Positions 26,203-35,607 of a stretch of DNA of 64,000 nt are shown piece after piece. A program made the translations under genes and the position numbers. Numbering within the stretch: the stretch's first letter is position 1; the number at the start of each line of letters is the position of its first letter. The stretch comes from Vicinamibacterales bacterium. GTDB lineage: Bacteria; Acidobacteriota; Vicinamibacteria; Vicinamibacterales; UBA8438. Below the pieces are notes generated by a model. It had not been told where the DNA came from, did not search any database, and saw nothing but the letters and a program-made list of their open reading frames with translations. The DNA lies in assembly GCA_036012905.1 (NCBI GenBank), contig DASCQF010000038.1:64504-128503 (forward strand), written 5' to 3'.

Positions 26203-27444
26203 GTGAGCAGGCGGGTCGTGGTCACGGGCGTTGGCCTGGTGTCGTCGCTCGGAGTCGGAACATCGGAGACGTGGGACGCGGTGTGTGCGGGCAAGAGCGG
26301 GATCGCTCCGATCACGCGCTTCGATGCGTCCGCATACACCGTGCGGATCGCGGGCGAAGTCCGAGACTTCGACCCGCTGATGTTCGTGGCCAAGAAAGAC
26401 GTCAAGAAGATGGACGTCTTCATTCAATACGCCATTGCCGCCGCGGAGTTCGCGCGCGCCGACGCCGGTTTGGAAGTGACGCCGGAGATGGCGCCGCGCG
26501 TGGGTGTCTTCCTCGCCTCCGGCATCGGTGGATTCAGCACAATCGAGCGCGAGCATCGTGCGTTGCTGAACGGCGGGCCACGCAAGATCTCCCCGTTCTT
26601 CATCCCGGCGTCGATCATCAACCTGGCCGCGGGACAGGTCTCGATCCGGCTGGGCGCCAAAGGACCGAATTCGGCTACGTGCACCGCCTGTTCCGCATCC
26701 GCGCATGCAGTGGGCGACGCCTTCGAGGTGATTCGACGTGGTGCCGCCGATGTGATGGTGGCCGGAGGGTCTGAGGCGGCCATCACCCCGCTGGGGGTCG
26801 GCGGATTTGCTGCCATGCGCGCGCTCTCGACCCGTAATGACGAGCCCACGCGGGCGTGCCGACCGTTTGACCGCGAGCGGGACGGGTTCATCATCGGTGA
26901 AGGGGCGGGCGTGATCGTTCTGGAGGAGCACGACCGGGCAATCAGTCGGGGTGCATCGGTTTACGCCGAGCTGGTGGGCTACGGGATGTCGGCCGATGCC
27001 TTTCACGTGACAGCGCCGGCCGAGGACGGCAATGGCGCCCAGCGTGTAATGTGCGCCGCCATCGACCAGGCCGGGATCAGTCCGGACCAGGTTGATTACA
27101 TCAACGCCCACGGCACCTCGACCCCGTTCAACGACCGCATCGAGACACTGGCCATCAAGCGGTGCTTCGGTGACCATGCGCACAAGCTTGCGATCTCTTC
27201 CACCAAGTCGATGACCGGCCACACGCTGGGTGCGGCCGGTGGGATTGAGGCGGGGATCGCCGCGTTGACCGTCCGCGAACAGGTGATTCCCCCGACCGTC
27301 AACCTCGAGAACCCCGACCCGGACTGCGACCTGGACTACGTCCCCATCGTGAAGCGGTCCGCCACGATCGACTACGCCCTGTCGAATTCGTTCGGCTTCG
27401 GGGGCACCAACGCGTCTCTGCTGTTCAAGCGCTACGACGGGTAA
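26203..27444 (+). CDS. fabF: 3-oxoacyl-ACP synthase II FabF
   Basis: RVVVTGVGLVS, active-site ATCTACSAS, NAHGTSTP, SNSFGFGGTNASL. Confidence 0.95.
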   Translation: MSRRVVVTGVGLVSSLGVGTSETWDAVCAGKSGIAPITRFDASAYTVRIAGEVRDFDPLMFVAKKDVKKMDVFIQYAIAAAEFARADAGLEVTPEMAPRVGVFLASGIGGFSTIEREHRALLNGGPRKISPFFIPASIINLAAGQVSIRLGAKGPNSATCTACSASAHAVGDAFEVIRRGAADVMVAGGSEAAITPLGVGGFAAMRALSTRNDEPTRACRPFDRERDGFIIGEGAGVIVLEEHDRAISRGASVYAELVGYGMSADAFHVTAPAEDGNGAQRVMCAAIDQAGISPDQVDYINAHGTSTPFNDRIETLAIKRCFGDHAHKLAISSTKSMTGHTLGAAGGIEAGIAALTVREQVIPPTVNLENPDPDCDLDYVPIVKRSATIDYALSNSFGFGGTNASLLFKRYDG

Positions 27445-27492
27445 CGCGTCTACTGGACGCCGCTGTCGGACGTCACCAGACAAGAGGAATCG

Positions 27493-28254
27493 ATGAAGAT
27501 TGCCGTCTGTCTCAAGCAGGTCGTGACGCGCGACTGGCCGTTGCGTGTCGATGATGCCCGAACCTGGGTGCAGGACCGCGATGCCAGTTTCGAGATGAAT
27601 GAGCCCGATGCATACGCGCTGGAGGAGGCGTTGCGGCTGAAGGAGCAGCATGGCGGCGAAGTGGTCGTCTGCTCGGCCGGTCCGGCCCGCGTGTCCCAGG
27701 TCATTCGGGAGGCGCTGGCGCGGGGGGCGGACCGGGCGATCAGGGTCGAGAGTGATGTCCTGGCGGCCGCCGACGGCGGCATGGTGGCCGAGGCGTTGGC
27801 GGTGGCGATTCGGGACGAGGGATTCGACCTGGTGCTGACTGGGCTCCAGTCCGACGACCAGGGCTTTGCGCAGACCGGCGTGGTGCTGGCCGAGTTGCTG
27901 GGAATTCCGCATGCGACCATCATCATGGAGGTGCAGGTCTCCGACGGGCGGTTGCGTGTAAAGCGCGAGCTCGAGGGCGGCTGGTTCCAGTGGGTCTCGA
28001 TGCCCTCCCCGGCACTGCTGACGATCCAGAGCGGGATCAACCAGCTGCGATACGCCACGCTGAAGGGGATCATGGCGGCCAAGAAGAAGGAGGTCCGGGT
28101 GGCCCAGCCGCCAGCGGACCTGACGCCCCATCACGAGATTCTGGAGCTGTATGTGCCGGAGAAGGGGAAACAGACACGGTTGATCGAGGGAGCCCCGACC
28201 GAGGCCGCCGCCGAGCTGGTGCGCGTCCTCCGCGAAGAAGCGCGGGTTATCTGA
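27493..28254 (+). CDS. etfB: Electron transfer flavoprotein beta subunit
   Basis: MKIAVCLKQV..., LVLTGLQSDD, ATLKGIMAAKKK. Confidence 0.9.
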   Translation: MKIAVCLKQVVTRDWPLRVDDARTWVQDRDASFEMNEPDAYALEEALRLKEQHGGEVVVCSAGPARVSQVIREALARGADRAIRVESDVLAAADGGMVAEALAVAIRDEGFDLVLTGLQSDDQGFAQTGVVLAELLGIPHATIIMEVQVSDGRLRVKRELEGGWFQWVSMPSPALLTIQSGINQLRYATLKGIMAAKKKEVRVAQPPADLTPHHEILELYVPEKGKQTRLIEGAPTEAAAELVRVLREEARVI

Positions 28255-28260
28255 CGTACG

Positions 28261-28308
28261 AAGGAGACTGGAGGCAGGAGGCAGGAGAAGCCGGAGGGCT
28301 TCGCCTGC
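28261..28308 (+). repeat. Heptamer-plus-hairpin dispersed repeat copy
   Basis: aaggagactggaggcaggaggcaggagaagcc-ggag-ggcttcgcc, 7 nt after the etfB stop codon. Confidence 0.75.
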
Positions 28309-28358
28309 ATCTCTTGTGTCGTGCTGAATCCCGAAGCGTGTAGCCAAGAGTAAAACAC

Positions 28359-29324
28359 ATGATTCTAGTCATAGCCGAGCAACGAGACGGGGTGCTGAAC
28401 AGAGCAAGCTGGGAGGCGATCGTGGCCGCCCAGCAGACCGGGCAGCCGGTTCAGGTGGCGGTGGCGGGTGTCTCGCTGGCGGCGGTCGCCTCAGAGCTGG
28501 CCGCGGCCGATGTCGAGGCGGTGCTCACGGTTGAGCACCCGGCGCTGGAGTCCTACACCGCGGACGGGTTCGTCACGGCCTTTGCCGATGTGGTCACCGG
28601 GACGCAGCCGGACCTGGTGTTTCTGACGCACACCTATCAGACCCGGGAGTTTGCGCCGACGCTTGCCGCGCGTCTCGGACGCTCGCTCATCACTGATTGC
28701 ATTGCGGTCAAGCAGCGAGACAACCGTCTCGTATTCGTCAGGCCGATGTTTCAGGGCAAGTTTGTGGCCGATGTGGCGCCGACCGGCCCGGCTCCCTATT
28801 TTGCCAGCTTCCAGGTCGGCGCGTTCCGACCCGACGCGCTGACGCGCGGCGCATCGGCGGCCGACGTTCGTGCCCGAGAGGTCACGATCGACGCCGGTGC
28901 GATTCGTCAGACGGTTGAGCCGCCCTTCCAGGAAGCCAAGCGGGCCGTCGACTTGACGCAGGCGGAGCGGATCGTGGCCGTCGGCCGTGGCATCAAGGCC
29001 CAGGAACACCTCACACTGGTCGAGACTCTGGCCACGGCGCTCGGGGCCGAGGTTGCGGCCTCGCGGCCAATCTGCGATTCGGGCTGGTTGCCGATGGACC
29101 GCCAGGTCGGGAGCTCAGGGCAGACCGTGTCGCCCAAGCTCTACCTCGCGCTTGGTGTTTCAGGCGCCATTCAGCACTTGGTAGGCATGAAGGGGTCGCG
29201 CACCATTGTGGCGATCAACAAAGATGCCGAGGCCCCCATCTTCGAGGTGGCGGACTTCGGTATCGTGGGCGACCTGTTCGAGGTCGTGCCGGCCCTCATT
29301 TCCGCCCTCGACTCTGACTCCTGA
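28359..29324 (+). CDS. etfA: Electron transfer flavoprotein alpha subunit
   Basis: VAVGRGI..., PKLYLALGVSGAIQHLVGMKGSRTIVAINKDAEAPIF. Confidence 0.9.
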   Translation: MILVIAEQRDGVLNRASWEAIVAAQQTGQPVQVAVAGVSLAAVASELAAADVEAVLTVEHPALESYTADGFVTAFADVVTGTQPDLVFLTHTYQTREFAPTLAARLGRSLITDCIAVKQRDNRLVFVRPMFQGKFVADVAPTGPAPYFASFQVGAFRPDALTRGASAADVRAREVTIDAGAIRQTVEPPFQEAKRAVDLTQAERIVAVGRGIKAQEHLTLVETLATALGAEVAASRPICDSGWLPMDRQVGSSGQTVSPKLYLALGVSGAIQHLVGMKGSRTIVAINKDAEAPIFEVADFGIVGDLFEVVPALISALDSDS

Positions 29325-31005
29325 GGAGGATGGTCTGGAGCGGGCAACCCGCGAAGTCGACGTCCTCATCGTAGGCGGTGGCCCGGCTGGGCTCTCGGCG
29401 GCCATTCGCCTGGCAGCACTGCAGAAGAGTGAAGGCGGCGAGCCACTGGCGGTCGCCGTGCTCGAGAAGGGGCGTCAGAGCGGGTCCCACCTCCTCTCCG
29501 GGGCTGTGCTCGACCCATCCGGTCTCGACGAGTTGCTGCCGGACTGGAAGACACGTGGGGCACCGGTCGAGACCCCGGTGCAGGATGACCGGATCTACTA
29601 CTTGACGGAACGGTCCCAGCTGCGCCTGCCTTTCACCCCGGCGCCGCTCCGCAACCGCGGCAACTATGTTATTTCGCTGAACCAGTTCGGGTGCTGGCTG
29701 TCTGATCAGGCCGAGGCCGAGGGCATCGACATCTGCACAGAGTCCGCAGGCACCGAGGTGCTCTATGAAGGCAATCGGGTGGTCGGCGTGCGCACCGGCG
29801 ATTGGGGCCTCGACGCGCAAGGTGAGCGAAAGGGGACTTTCGAGCCCGGTGTCGACATCAAGGCGGCTGTCACGATTTTGGCTGACGGCGCGCGGGGAAA
29901 CCTGACCAAGACGCTGATCCGAAAGGTCGGGCTCGAGGGCCCGACTCCCCAGGCCTTCGCGATCGGGATCAAGGAACTCTGGGAGATTCCACCCGACCGG
30001 GTCGAGTCCGGGACCGTGGTGCACACCTTGGGGTACCCGCTGCGAAGCGAGGAGTTCGGCGGCGGCTTCATCTACGGCATGCCGGAGGGGCGGCTGGCGG
30101 TCGGTTTCGTGGTCGGGCTCGATTATCGGGACCCGCTGTTCGATCCGCATATGGCGTTTCAGCGATTCAAACAGCATCCCGTCGTCTCGGCAGTGCTGAG
30201 GAGCGGCCAGATGACACGATACGGCGCCAAGGCGATACCCGAAGGGGGCTGGCGCGCCCTTCCGCGGTGTCACGTCGACGGCGCCTTGATCGTCGGGGAT
30301 GCGGCTGGATTCCTGAACTCGTTGCGACTCAAGGGAATTCATCTGGCCATGAAGAGCGGGATCTGCGCCGCCGACACCGCCTTCGAGGCGGTGCGCGAAG
30401 GCGACGTGTCGGCGGCGAAGCTCGCCAGGTTCCAGCGGCGCGTGAACGCCGGCAGTGTTCGGCGCGAGCTGTTCCCCGTGCGGAACGTCCATCAGGCGTT
30501 CCGCGCGGGGTTTTTCGCCGGCGCGGTGTGCGCCGGGCTGGTACCGCTGACCGGGGGCTGGTGGCCCCGGGGGCTGCTGTCGAGCGAGACGGGCCACGAG
30601 CGGATGGTGCGTCTGGACCGCTACTACCGCGCCGGACGTCCAGACCCCGAGGGCGCGAGCAACGCGGCGACGGTTGATGGCACCGTGACGTTCGACAGGC
30701 TGACCAACGTCAATCGCTCCGGTACGCGTCACGAAGAGGACCAGCCGGTGCATCTGCTCGTAGAGGGCACCGACGTGTGCCGGACTCGATGCCGTGAGGA
30801 GTACGGCAACCCCTGCGTGCGTTTTTGTCCGGCCAATGTCTACGAGATGATGAGTGACGGCGACGGTAGCGGGGCCGGGCATCGCCTGCACATCACGGCC
30901 TCGAACTGCGTCCACTGCAGGACGTGCGACATCATGGATCCCTACCAGATCATCAACTGGGTGCCGCCCGAGGGCGGGGGCGGCCCAGCATACGAAGGGA
31001 TGTAG
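29224..31005 (+). CDS. Electron transfer flavoprotein-ubiquinone oxidoreductase (ETF-QO); start codon uncertain
   Basis: FAD motif VDVLIVGGGPAGLSAAIRLA. C-terminal 4Fe-4S segment CPANVYEM...CVHCRTCDI...INWVPPEGGGGPAYEGM. The only canonical in-frame starts (TTG 29206, ATG 29224) overlap etfA by about 100 nt or more. The true start may be CTG 29335. Confidence 0.85.
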   Translation: MPRPPSSRWRTSVSWATCSRSCRPSFPPSTLTPEEDGLERATREVDVLIVGGGPAGLSAAIRLAALQKSEGGEPLAVAVLEKGRQSGSHLLSGAVLDPSGLDELLPDWKTRGAPVETPVQDDRIYYLTERSQLRLPFTPAPLRNRGNYVISLNQFGCWLSDQAEAEGIDICTESAGTEVLYEGNRVVGVRTGDWGLDAQGERKGTFEPGVDIKAAVTILADGARGNLTKTLIRKVGLEGPTPQAFAIGIKELWEIPPDRVESGTVVHTLGYPLRSEEFGGGFIYGMPEGRLAVGFVVGLDYRDPLFDPHMAFQRFKQHPVVSAVLRSGQMTRYGAKAIPEGGWRALPRCHVDGALIVGDAAGFLNSLRLKGIHLAMKSGICAADTAFEAVREGDVSAAKLARFQRRVNAGSVRRELFPVRNVHQAFRAGFFAGAVCAGLVPLTGGWWPRGLLSSETGHERMVRLDRYYRAGRPDPEGASNAATVDGTVTFDRLTNVNRSGTRHEEDQPVHLLVEGTDVCRTRCREEYGNPCVRFCPANVYEMMSDGDGSGAGHRLHITASNCVHCRTCDIMDPYQIINWVPPEGGGGPAYEGM

Positions 31006-31062
31006 CGTGGACGACCGACCAGAAGTCCAAGGCCGTCCCGGTCGGCTACAGGCTACTGGCTT

Positions 31063-31755
31063 TTGCCTTCAGGTGCCCTGGTGACGGAGACAGTGCTTAC
31101 GCGGTGGCAGCTGGCACAGGCGGCGCTCATCGCCGGGGTCGGGGGGCCGATCATCGGGGCACTTGGCCGCACGGTGCGCTGGCGGGTCGAAGGTGCCGAG
31201 CACTACGACGCCATCGTGGCCGAGCACCGTCAGCCCATCTTTGCGTTCTGGCACGGGCGCATTCTGTCGGCGACCTACTACTGGCGTGACCGTGGCATCG
31301 TGGTCATGACCAGCAGCAATTTCGATGGCGAGTGGATTGCCCGGATCATCCGGCGGTTCGGGTATGGCACGGCCCGCGGGTCGACGTCGCGTGGTGCCCG
31401 GCGCGCACTCATCCAGCTCAAGCGCGATGTTGCCGCCGGGCGGCCGGCGGCGTTCACGGTCGATGGTCCGCGTGGACCGGCCGGCCGGGCGCAGCCCGGC
31501 GCGGTGTGGCTGGCTGGTGTGACCGGCAATCCGATTCTGCCGTTTCATATCGAGGCCGACCGGTTCTGGTCGGCGCGCAGCTGGGACCGCACGCAGATTC
31601 CCCGGCCATTCAGCGCCGCGGCAGTGTCGATCGGTGAGCCATTCGAGGTGCCCGACCCGTCGGTGGACGGCGTTATTGAGGAGCGCCGCGCCGCGCTGGA
31701 GCAGGTGCTCGCGGAGCTGGGTGAGCGCGCCACGGCGCTGCTGCGGAGAGGGTGA
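31063..31755 (+). CDS. DUF374 domain protein (lysophospholipid acyltransferase-like)
   Basis: FAFWHGRIL..., MTSSNFDGEWIARIIRRFGYGTARGSTSRGARRAL, FTVDGPRGP. Start uncertain (TTG 31063 or GTG 31081). Confidence 0.75.
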   Translation: MPSGALVTETVLTRWQLAQAALIAGVGGPIIGALGRTVRWRVEGAEHYDAIVAEHRQPIFAFWHGRILSATYYWRDRGIVVMTSSNFDGEWIARIIRRFGYGTARGSTSRGARRALIQLKRDVAAGRPAAFTVDGPRGPAGRAQPGAVWLAGVTGNPILPFHIEADRFWSARSWDRTQIPRPFSAAAVSIGEPFEVPDPSVDGVIEERRAALEQVLAELGERATALLRRG

Positions 31756-31778
31756 CGGCGGACGAGGAGGACCGGCTC

Positions 31779-32804
31779 ATGTTACTTGTCGGGAGCGATC
31801 ATTTCATCGATCATCAGACACCAGACGGCCATCCCGAGCAGCCTGCGCGAGCCCGAGTGATGGCCGAAGTGAGCCGGCGGTGGTCCGACGCGGGCGGGGC
31901 GTTGACGGCGCCTCGCCCGGCGACGCTTGATGAGCTCGTTCGCGTACACACGCCGGAGTATGTGGACCAGATCGCCGACACCGCCGGGCAGCGGTTTCGG
32001 CTCGATGCCGACACCTACACGTCGGCCGACTCCTACGACGTCGCGCTCCACGCAGCCGGTGCCGCCATCACCGCGGTCGAGCACACGCTCACCGAGGCCA
32101 TGCCCGCCATCGCGTTCGTCCGGCCTCCCGGTCACCATGCCGAGCCGGACCGTGCGATGGGGTTCTGTCTGTTCAACAATGTCGCCGTCGCCGCCGCCTC
32201 GGCGCGGGCCGCGGGGGTGAACCGGGTCGCGATACTCGACTACGACGTACACCACGGCAACGGTACTCAGTGGATGTTCTACGACGACCCGGCCGTGCTC
32301 TATGTCTCGCTGCACCAGTACCCGTTCTATCCAGGGACAGGCGCCGTCACCGACGTTGGTCGTGGCGACGGGATCGGCTTTACTCTCAACGTGCCGCTCG
32401 AGGCCGGGGCGAGTGACGCCGACTACGACCGCGCCATGCGCGAAGTAGTCGGGCCCGTGGTGACGGCGTTCGCACCGGAGCTGATTCTCCTCTCGGCTGG
32501 TTACGACGCTCACGCCCAGGATCCGCTTGGTGGAATGCAGGTGTCGACCGAGGGCTTTGCGGCGATGACGGCACACGTGCAGCGCCTGGCCGAGACCTGC
32601 TGCCAGGGGCGGCTGGCGGCGGTCACCGAAGGCGGATACGACCTGACGGCCCTCGACGCCTGTCTCGAGTCCACGCTGACACAACTGGGCGACGGACCTC
32701 CGGCGTCCGGGGCGGCTGTGATCGGCGACACCAACCGGGTCAATTCAGTGATCCCTGCCGTGCGACAGGCTCTCGCGCCGTATTGGTCGGGAATCTTTCG
32801 GTAG
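31779..32804 (+). CDS. Histone deacetylase family (class II HDAC/AcuC-like) deacetylase
   Basis: RPPGHHAE, GFCLFNNVAVAA, ILDYDVHHGNGTQ, SAGYDAH. ATG 31779 is preceded by GAGGAGGA. Confidence 0.85.
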   Translation: MLLVGSDHFIDHQTPDGHPEQPARARVMAEVSRRWSDAGGALTAPRPATLDELVRVHTPEYVDQIADTAGQRFRLDADTYTSADSYDVALHAAGAAITAVEHTLTEAMPAIAFVRPPGHHAEPDRAMGFCLFNNVAVAAASARAAGVNRVAILDYDVHHGNGTQWMFYDDPAVLYVSLHQYPFYPGTGAVTDVGRGDGIGFTLNVPLEAGASDADYDRAMREVVGPVVTAFAPELILLSAGYDAHAQDPLGGMQVSTEGFAAMTAHVQRLAETCCQGRLAAVTEGGYDLTALDACLESTLTQLGDGPPASGAAVIGDTNRVNSVIPAVRQALAPYWSGIFR

Positions 32805-32809
32805 ATTCG

Positions 32810-32831
32810 AGGAGACCGGAGGCAGGAGACA
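32810..32831 (+). repeat. Partial heptamer repeat copy
   Basis: gaggagaccggaggcaggagac, 6 nt after the HDAC-family stop codon. No hairpin part. Confidence 0.5.
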
Positions 32832-32899
32832 TCGGAGCTGTGCCCAGGCGTTCTGTTTGACCGGCCACACTCCGCGGCGGGGCACGGCCGTCGGCCGCT

Positions 32900-32908
32900 T
32901 GCTATAAT
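32900..32908 (+). promoter_or_regulatory. Candidate extended -10 promoter (TGcTATAAT) upstream of leuS
   Basis: A perfect TGnTATAAT 56 nt upstream of the leuS GTG 32964. The identical 9-mer occurs upstream of rpsT. Confidence 0.4.
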
Positions 32909-32963
32909 TCTTGCAGACCCTCATTGGTTCCCGTCTCAGACGTCCAATCACAAAACCACCACC

Positions 32964-35540
32964 GTGTCCGACTACAACCCGCAGGCGATCGAAGAGAAGT
33001 GGCAGCGGCGCTGGGCCGACGAGCGCGCATTCGAGGTGACCGAGGAGCCCGGGCGCCCGAAGTTCTACTGTCTCGTCATGTTCGCCTATCCGTCCGGTCA
33101 TGCGCACGTCGGACACGTGCGGAACTACATGATCGGCGACGTCATTGCGCGGATGAAGCGGATGCGCGGCTTCAACGTCCTGCACCCGTTCGGGTGGGAC
33201 GCCTTCGGCTTGCCGGCCGAGAACGCCGCCATCAAGAACCGGTCGCATCCTGAAACCTGGACGCTCGAGAACATCGCGCACATGAAGGGGCAGCTACAGC
33301 GGCTGGGTATCAGCTATGCCTGGGAGCGCGAGCTGGCGACCTGCGAGGCGAGCTACTACAAGTGGAACCAGTGGCTGTTCCTCCAGATGTTCGAGCGGGA
33401 CGTGGCGTATCGTCGCCGCTCCACGGTGAACTGGTGCTCGAGTTGCGCGACGGTCCTCGCCAACGAACAGGTTGTCGACGGCGGCTGCTGGCGGTGCGGC
33501 ACCGTGGTCGAGCCACGAGAGCTCGAGCAGTGGTTCCTGCGGATCACCCAATATGCCGACGGGCTGCTCGACGGTATCGAGCGGCTCGACGAGTGGCCCG
33601 ACAAGGTGCTGACGATGCAGCGGAACTGGATCGGACGCTCCGAGGGGGCGCTGGTCAGGTTCCCCGTTGAAAACGCCGGCGCCGAGCCGGTCGCGGATGG
33701 AGACGCGGTCGAGATCGAGATCTTCACCACGCGGATCGACACGATCTTTGGCGCGACCTTCGTGTTGCTGGCGCCGGAACATCCCTTGGTCGACCGCTTC
33801 GTCGATGAGGCGACAGACCCGGAGGCGTTGCGCCGACAGGTGCAGCAGTTCCGCGCGTTGGACCGGACCGACCGCATGACCGGGGCGCTGGAGAAAGAGG
33901 GGTTCGATACCGGGCGCACTGCAGTCAACCCGTTCACCGGGCGGCCGGTGCCGGTCTGGATCGCCAATTTCGTGCTCGCCGAGTATGGCACCGGCGCCGT
34001 CATGGCGGTGCCGGCCCACGACCAGCGGGACTTCGAGTTTGCACGAAAGTATGGAATGCCGGTGGAGGTGGTGATTCAGCCCCCAATCGAAGGTGACGTT
34101 GCGCCCCTCGACGGTGCGACCCTGGAGGCAGCGCATTCGGGGTCGGGCACGCTGGTGAACTCCGGCGAGTTCACGGGCCTGTCCACAGAGGGCGCGGCCA
34201 TGCACATGGCGCGGGCGGCCGAGTCGATGGGGGTGGGCCGAGCAGAAGTGCAGTTCAGACTCAAGGATTGGGGAATTTCACGGCAGCGGTACTGGGGCAC
34301 GCCGATCCCGATCATCCACTGTGATGCGTGCGGGTTGCAGCCGGTGTCGCTGGACGATCTTCCGGTCGAGTTGCCCAAGGTGTCGGAGTTCACCGGTCGA
34401 GGCGATTCGCCGCTGGCGCAGATCCCCGAGTTCGTCAACACCACCTGTCCGTCATGCCAGGGACCCGCGCGTCGGGAGACCGACACGATGGACACGTTCG
34501 TGGACTCCTCCTGGTATTTCTATCGCTACTGCGATGCGTCGAACGATGCTCAGGCCTTCGACCCCGAGACGGTCCGCTACTGGGGACCGGTCGACTTCTA
34601 CAGCGGCGGCGTCGAGCACGCGATCCTGCACTTGATTTACTCTCGATTCTTCTGCCGGGTGTTCAAGGATCTCGGCATGGTGGACCACGACGAGCCGTTC
34701 ACGCGTCTGCTGACTCAGGGTATGGTGCTGCGCGACGGCGCGGTGATGTCGAAATCAAAGGGTAACGTCGTCGACCCCGATCAGATGATCGCGAGCTATG
34801 GCGCCGACACGCTACGGCTGTACGAGATGTTCGTCGCGCCGCCCGAGAAGGAGATCGAGTGGACCGACTCCGGGCTGGAGGGCAGCTTCCGATTCTTGGC
34901 CAGAGTCTGGCGGCTCGTCACCTCGCTCTGTTCGGTGGCGGCTGGCACACCACAAACCGGCCTCGAGACGATGACGCTCGATGACGCCCATCGCGCGCTC
35001 CGCCGGAAGACGCACGAGACGATTCGTCGGGTCTCGGCGGATCTCGACCCGCGTGTGCATCTGAACACTGCGGTGTCGGGGCTGATGGAGCTCGTCAACG
35101 ACCTCTACGCCTTCTGCGAGCGGCATGGGTTGGCGCCACATGCTGCCGCGGCGGGGCAGGGGGCGCCGGCGGCTGACCAGGTGGCGGCGGAGACACGCGC
35201 AGTGCTCGGAGAGGCGATCGAGGCGCTGGTGCTGATGTTGTCACCCTTCACCCCGCATCTGTGCGAGGAGCTCTGGGAGCGACTCGGGCACGTCGGCGGC
35301 CTCGTCACGGTGGCGTGGCCCACGTTCGACCCGGAGGTAGCGCGGGCGGACGAGATTGTGGTGCCCGTGCAGGTCAACGGCAAGCTCCGCGCTCGTCTCA
35401 CCGTGCCGGCCGTTGTAGCGGACGAAGACCTGCGGACGTTGGCGTTGGAGGAGCCCGCCGTGCGATCGCATACCGCTGGCAAGACCGTGGCGCGTGTCGT
35501 GGTCGTCAAACGCAAGCTCGTGAACATAGTGATTAGATGA
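32964..35540 (+). CDS. leuS: Leucyl-tRNA synthetase
   Basis: HIGH-type motif (PSGHAHVGH) and KMSKS (VMSKSKGN). Typical LeuS N-terminus YNPQAIEEKWQRRW. Confidence 0.97.
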   Translation: MSDYNPQAIEEKWQRRWADERAFEVTEEPGRPKFYCLVMFAYPSGHAHVGHVRNYMIGDVIARMKRMRGFNVLHPFGWDAFGLPAENAAIKNRSHPETWTLENIAHMKGQLQRLGISYAWERELATCEASYYKWNQWLFLQMFERDVAYRRRSTVNWCSSCATVLANEQVVDGGCWRCGTVVEPRELEQWFLRITQYADGLLDGIERLDEWPDKVLTMQRNWIGRSEGALVRFPVENAGAEPVADGDAVEIEIFTTRIDTIFGATFVLLAPEHPLVDRFVDEATDPEALRRQVQQFRALDRTDRMTGALEKEGFDTGRTAVNPFTGRPVPVWIANFVLAEYGTGAVMAVPAHDQRDFEFARKYGMPVEVVIQPPIEGDVAPLDGATLEAAHSGSGTLVNSGEFTGLSTEGAAMHMARAAESMGVGRAEVQFRLKDWGISRQRYWGTPIPIIHCDACGLQPVSLDDLPVELPKVSEFTGRGDSPLAQIPEFVNTTCPSCQGPARRETDTMDTFVDSSWYFYRYCDASNDAQAFDPETVRYWGPVDFYSGGVEHAILHLIYSRFFCRVFKDLGMVDHDEPFTRLLTQGMVLRDGAVMSKSKGNVVDPDQMIASYGADTLRLYEMFVAPPEKEIEWTDSGLEGSFRFLARVWRLVTSLCSVAAGTPQTGLETMTLDDAHRALRRKTHETIRRVSADLDPRVHLNTAVSGLMELVNDLYAFCERHGLAPHAAAAGQGAPAADQVAAETRAVLGEAIEALVLMLSPFTPHLCEELWERLGHVGGLVTVAWPTFDPEVARADEIVVPVQVNGKLRARLTVPAVVADEDLRTLALEEPAVRSHTAGKTVARVVVVKRKLVNIVIR

Positions 35541-35607
35541 TGTGTCCCCTGAGCCGCGTCGAAGGGTGAATATCGTGGTACGGTAGTCAGGAAACGGAGA
35601 CAAGACG

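Noticed and set aside
29311-29340. prfB-like programmed +1 frameshift at the etfA TGA that would fuse EtfA to ETF-QO (TCC TGA G read as TCC-GAG).
   Set aside because: The frames are compatible, but there is no slippery codon comparable to CUU-U and no SD positioned upstream of the shift site. A non-canonical CTG start or a long overlap is a simpler explanation. It is kept only as a note under the ETF-QO start finding.
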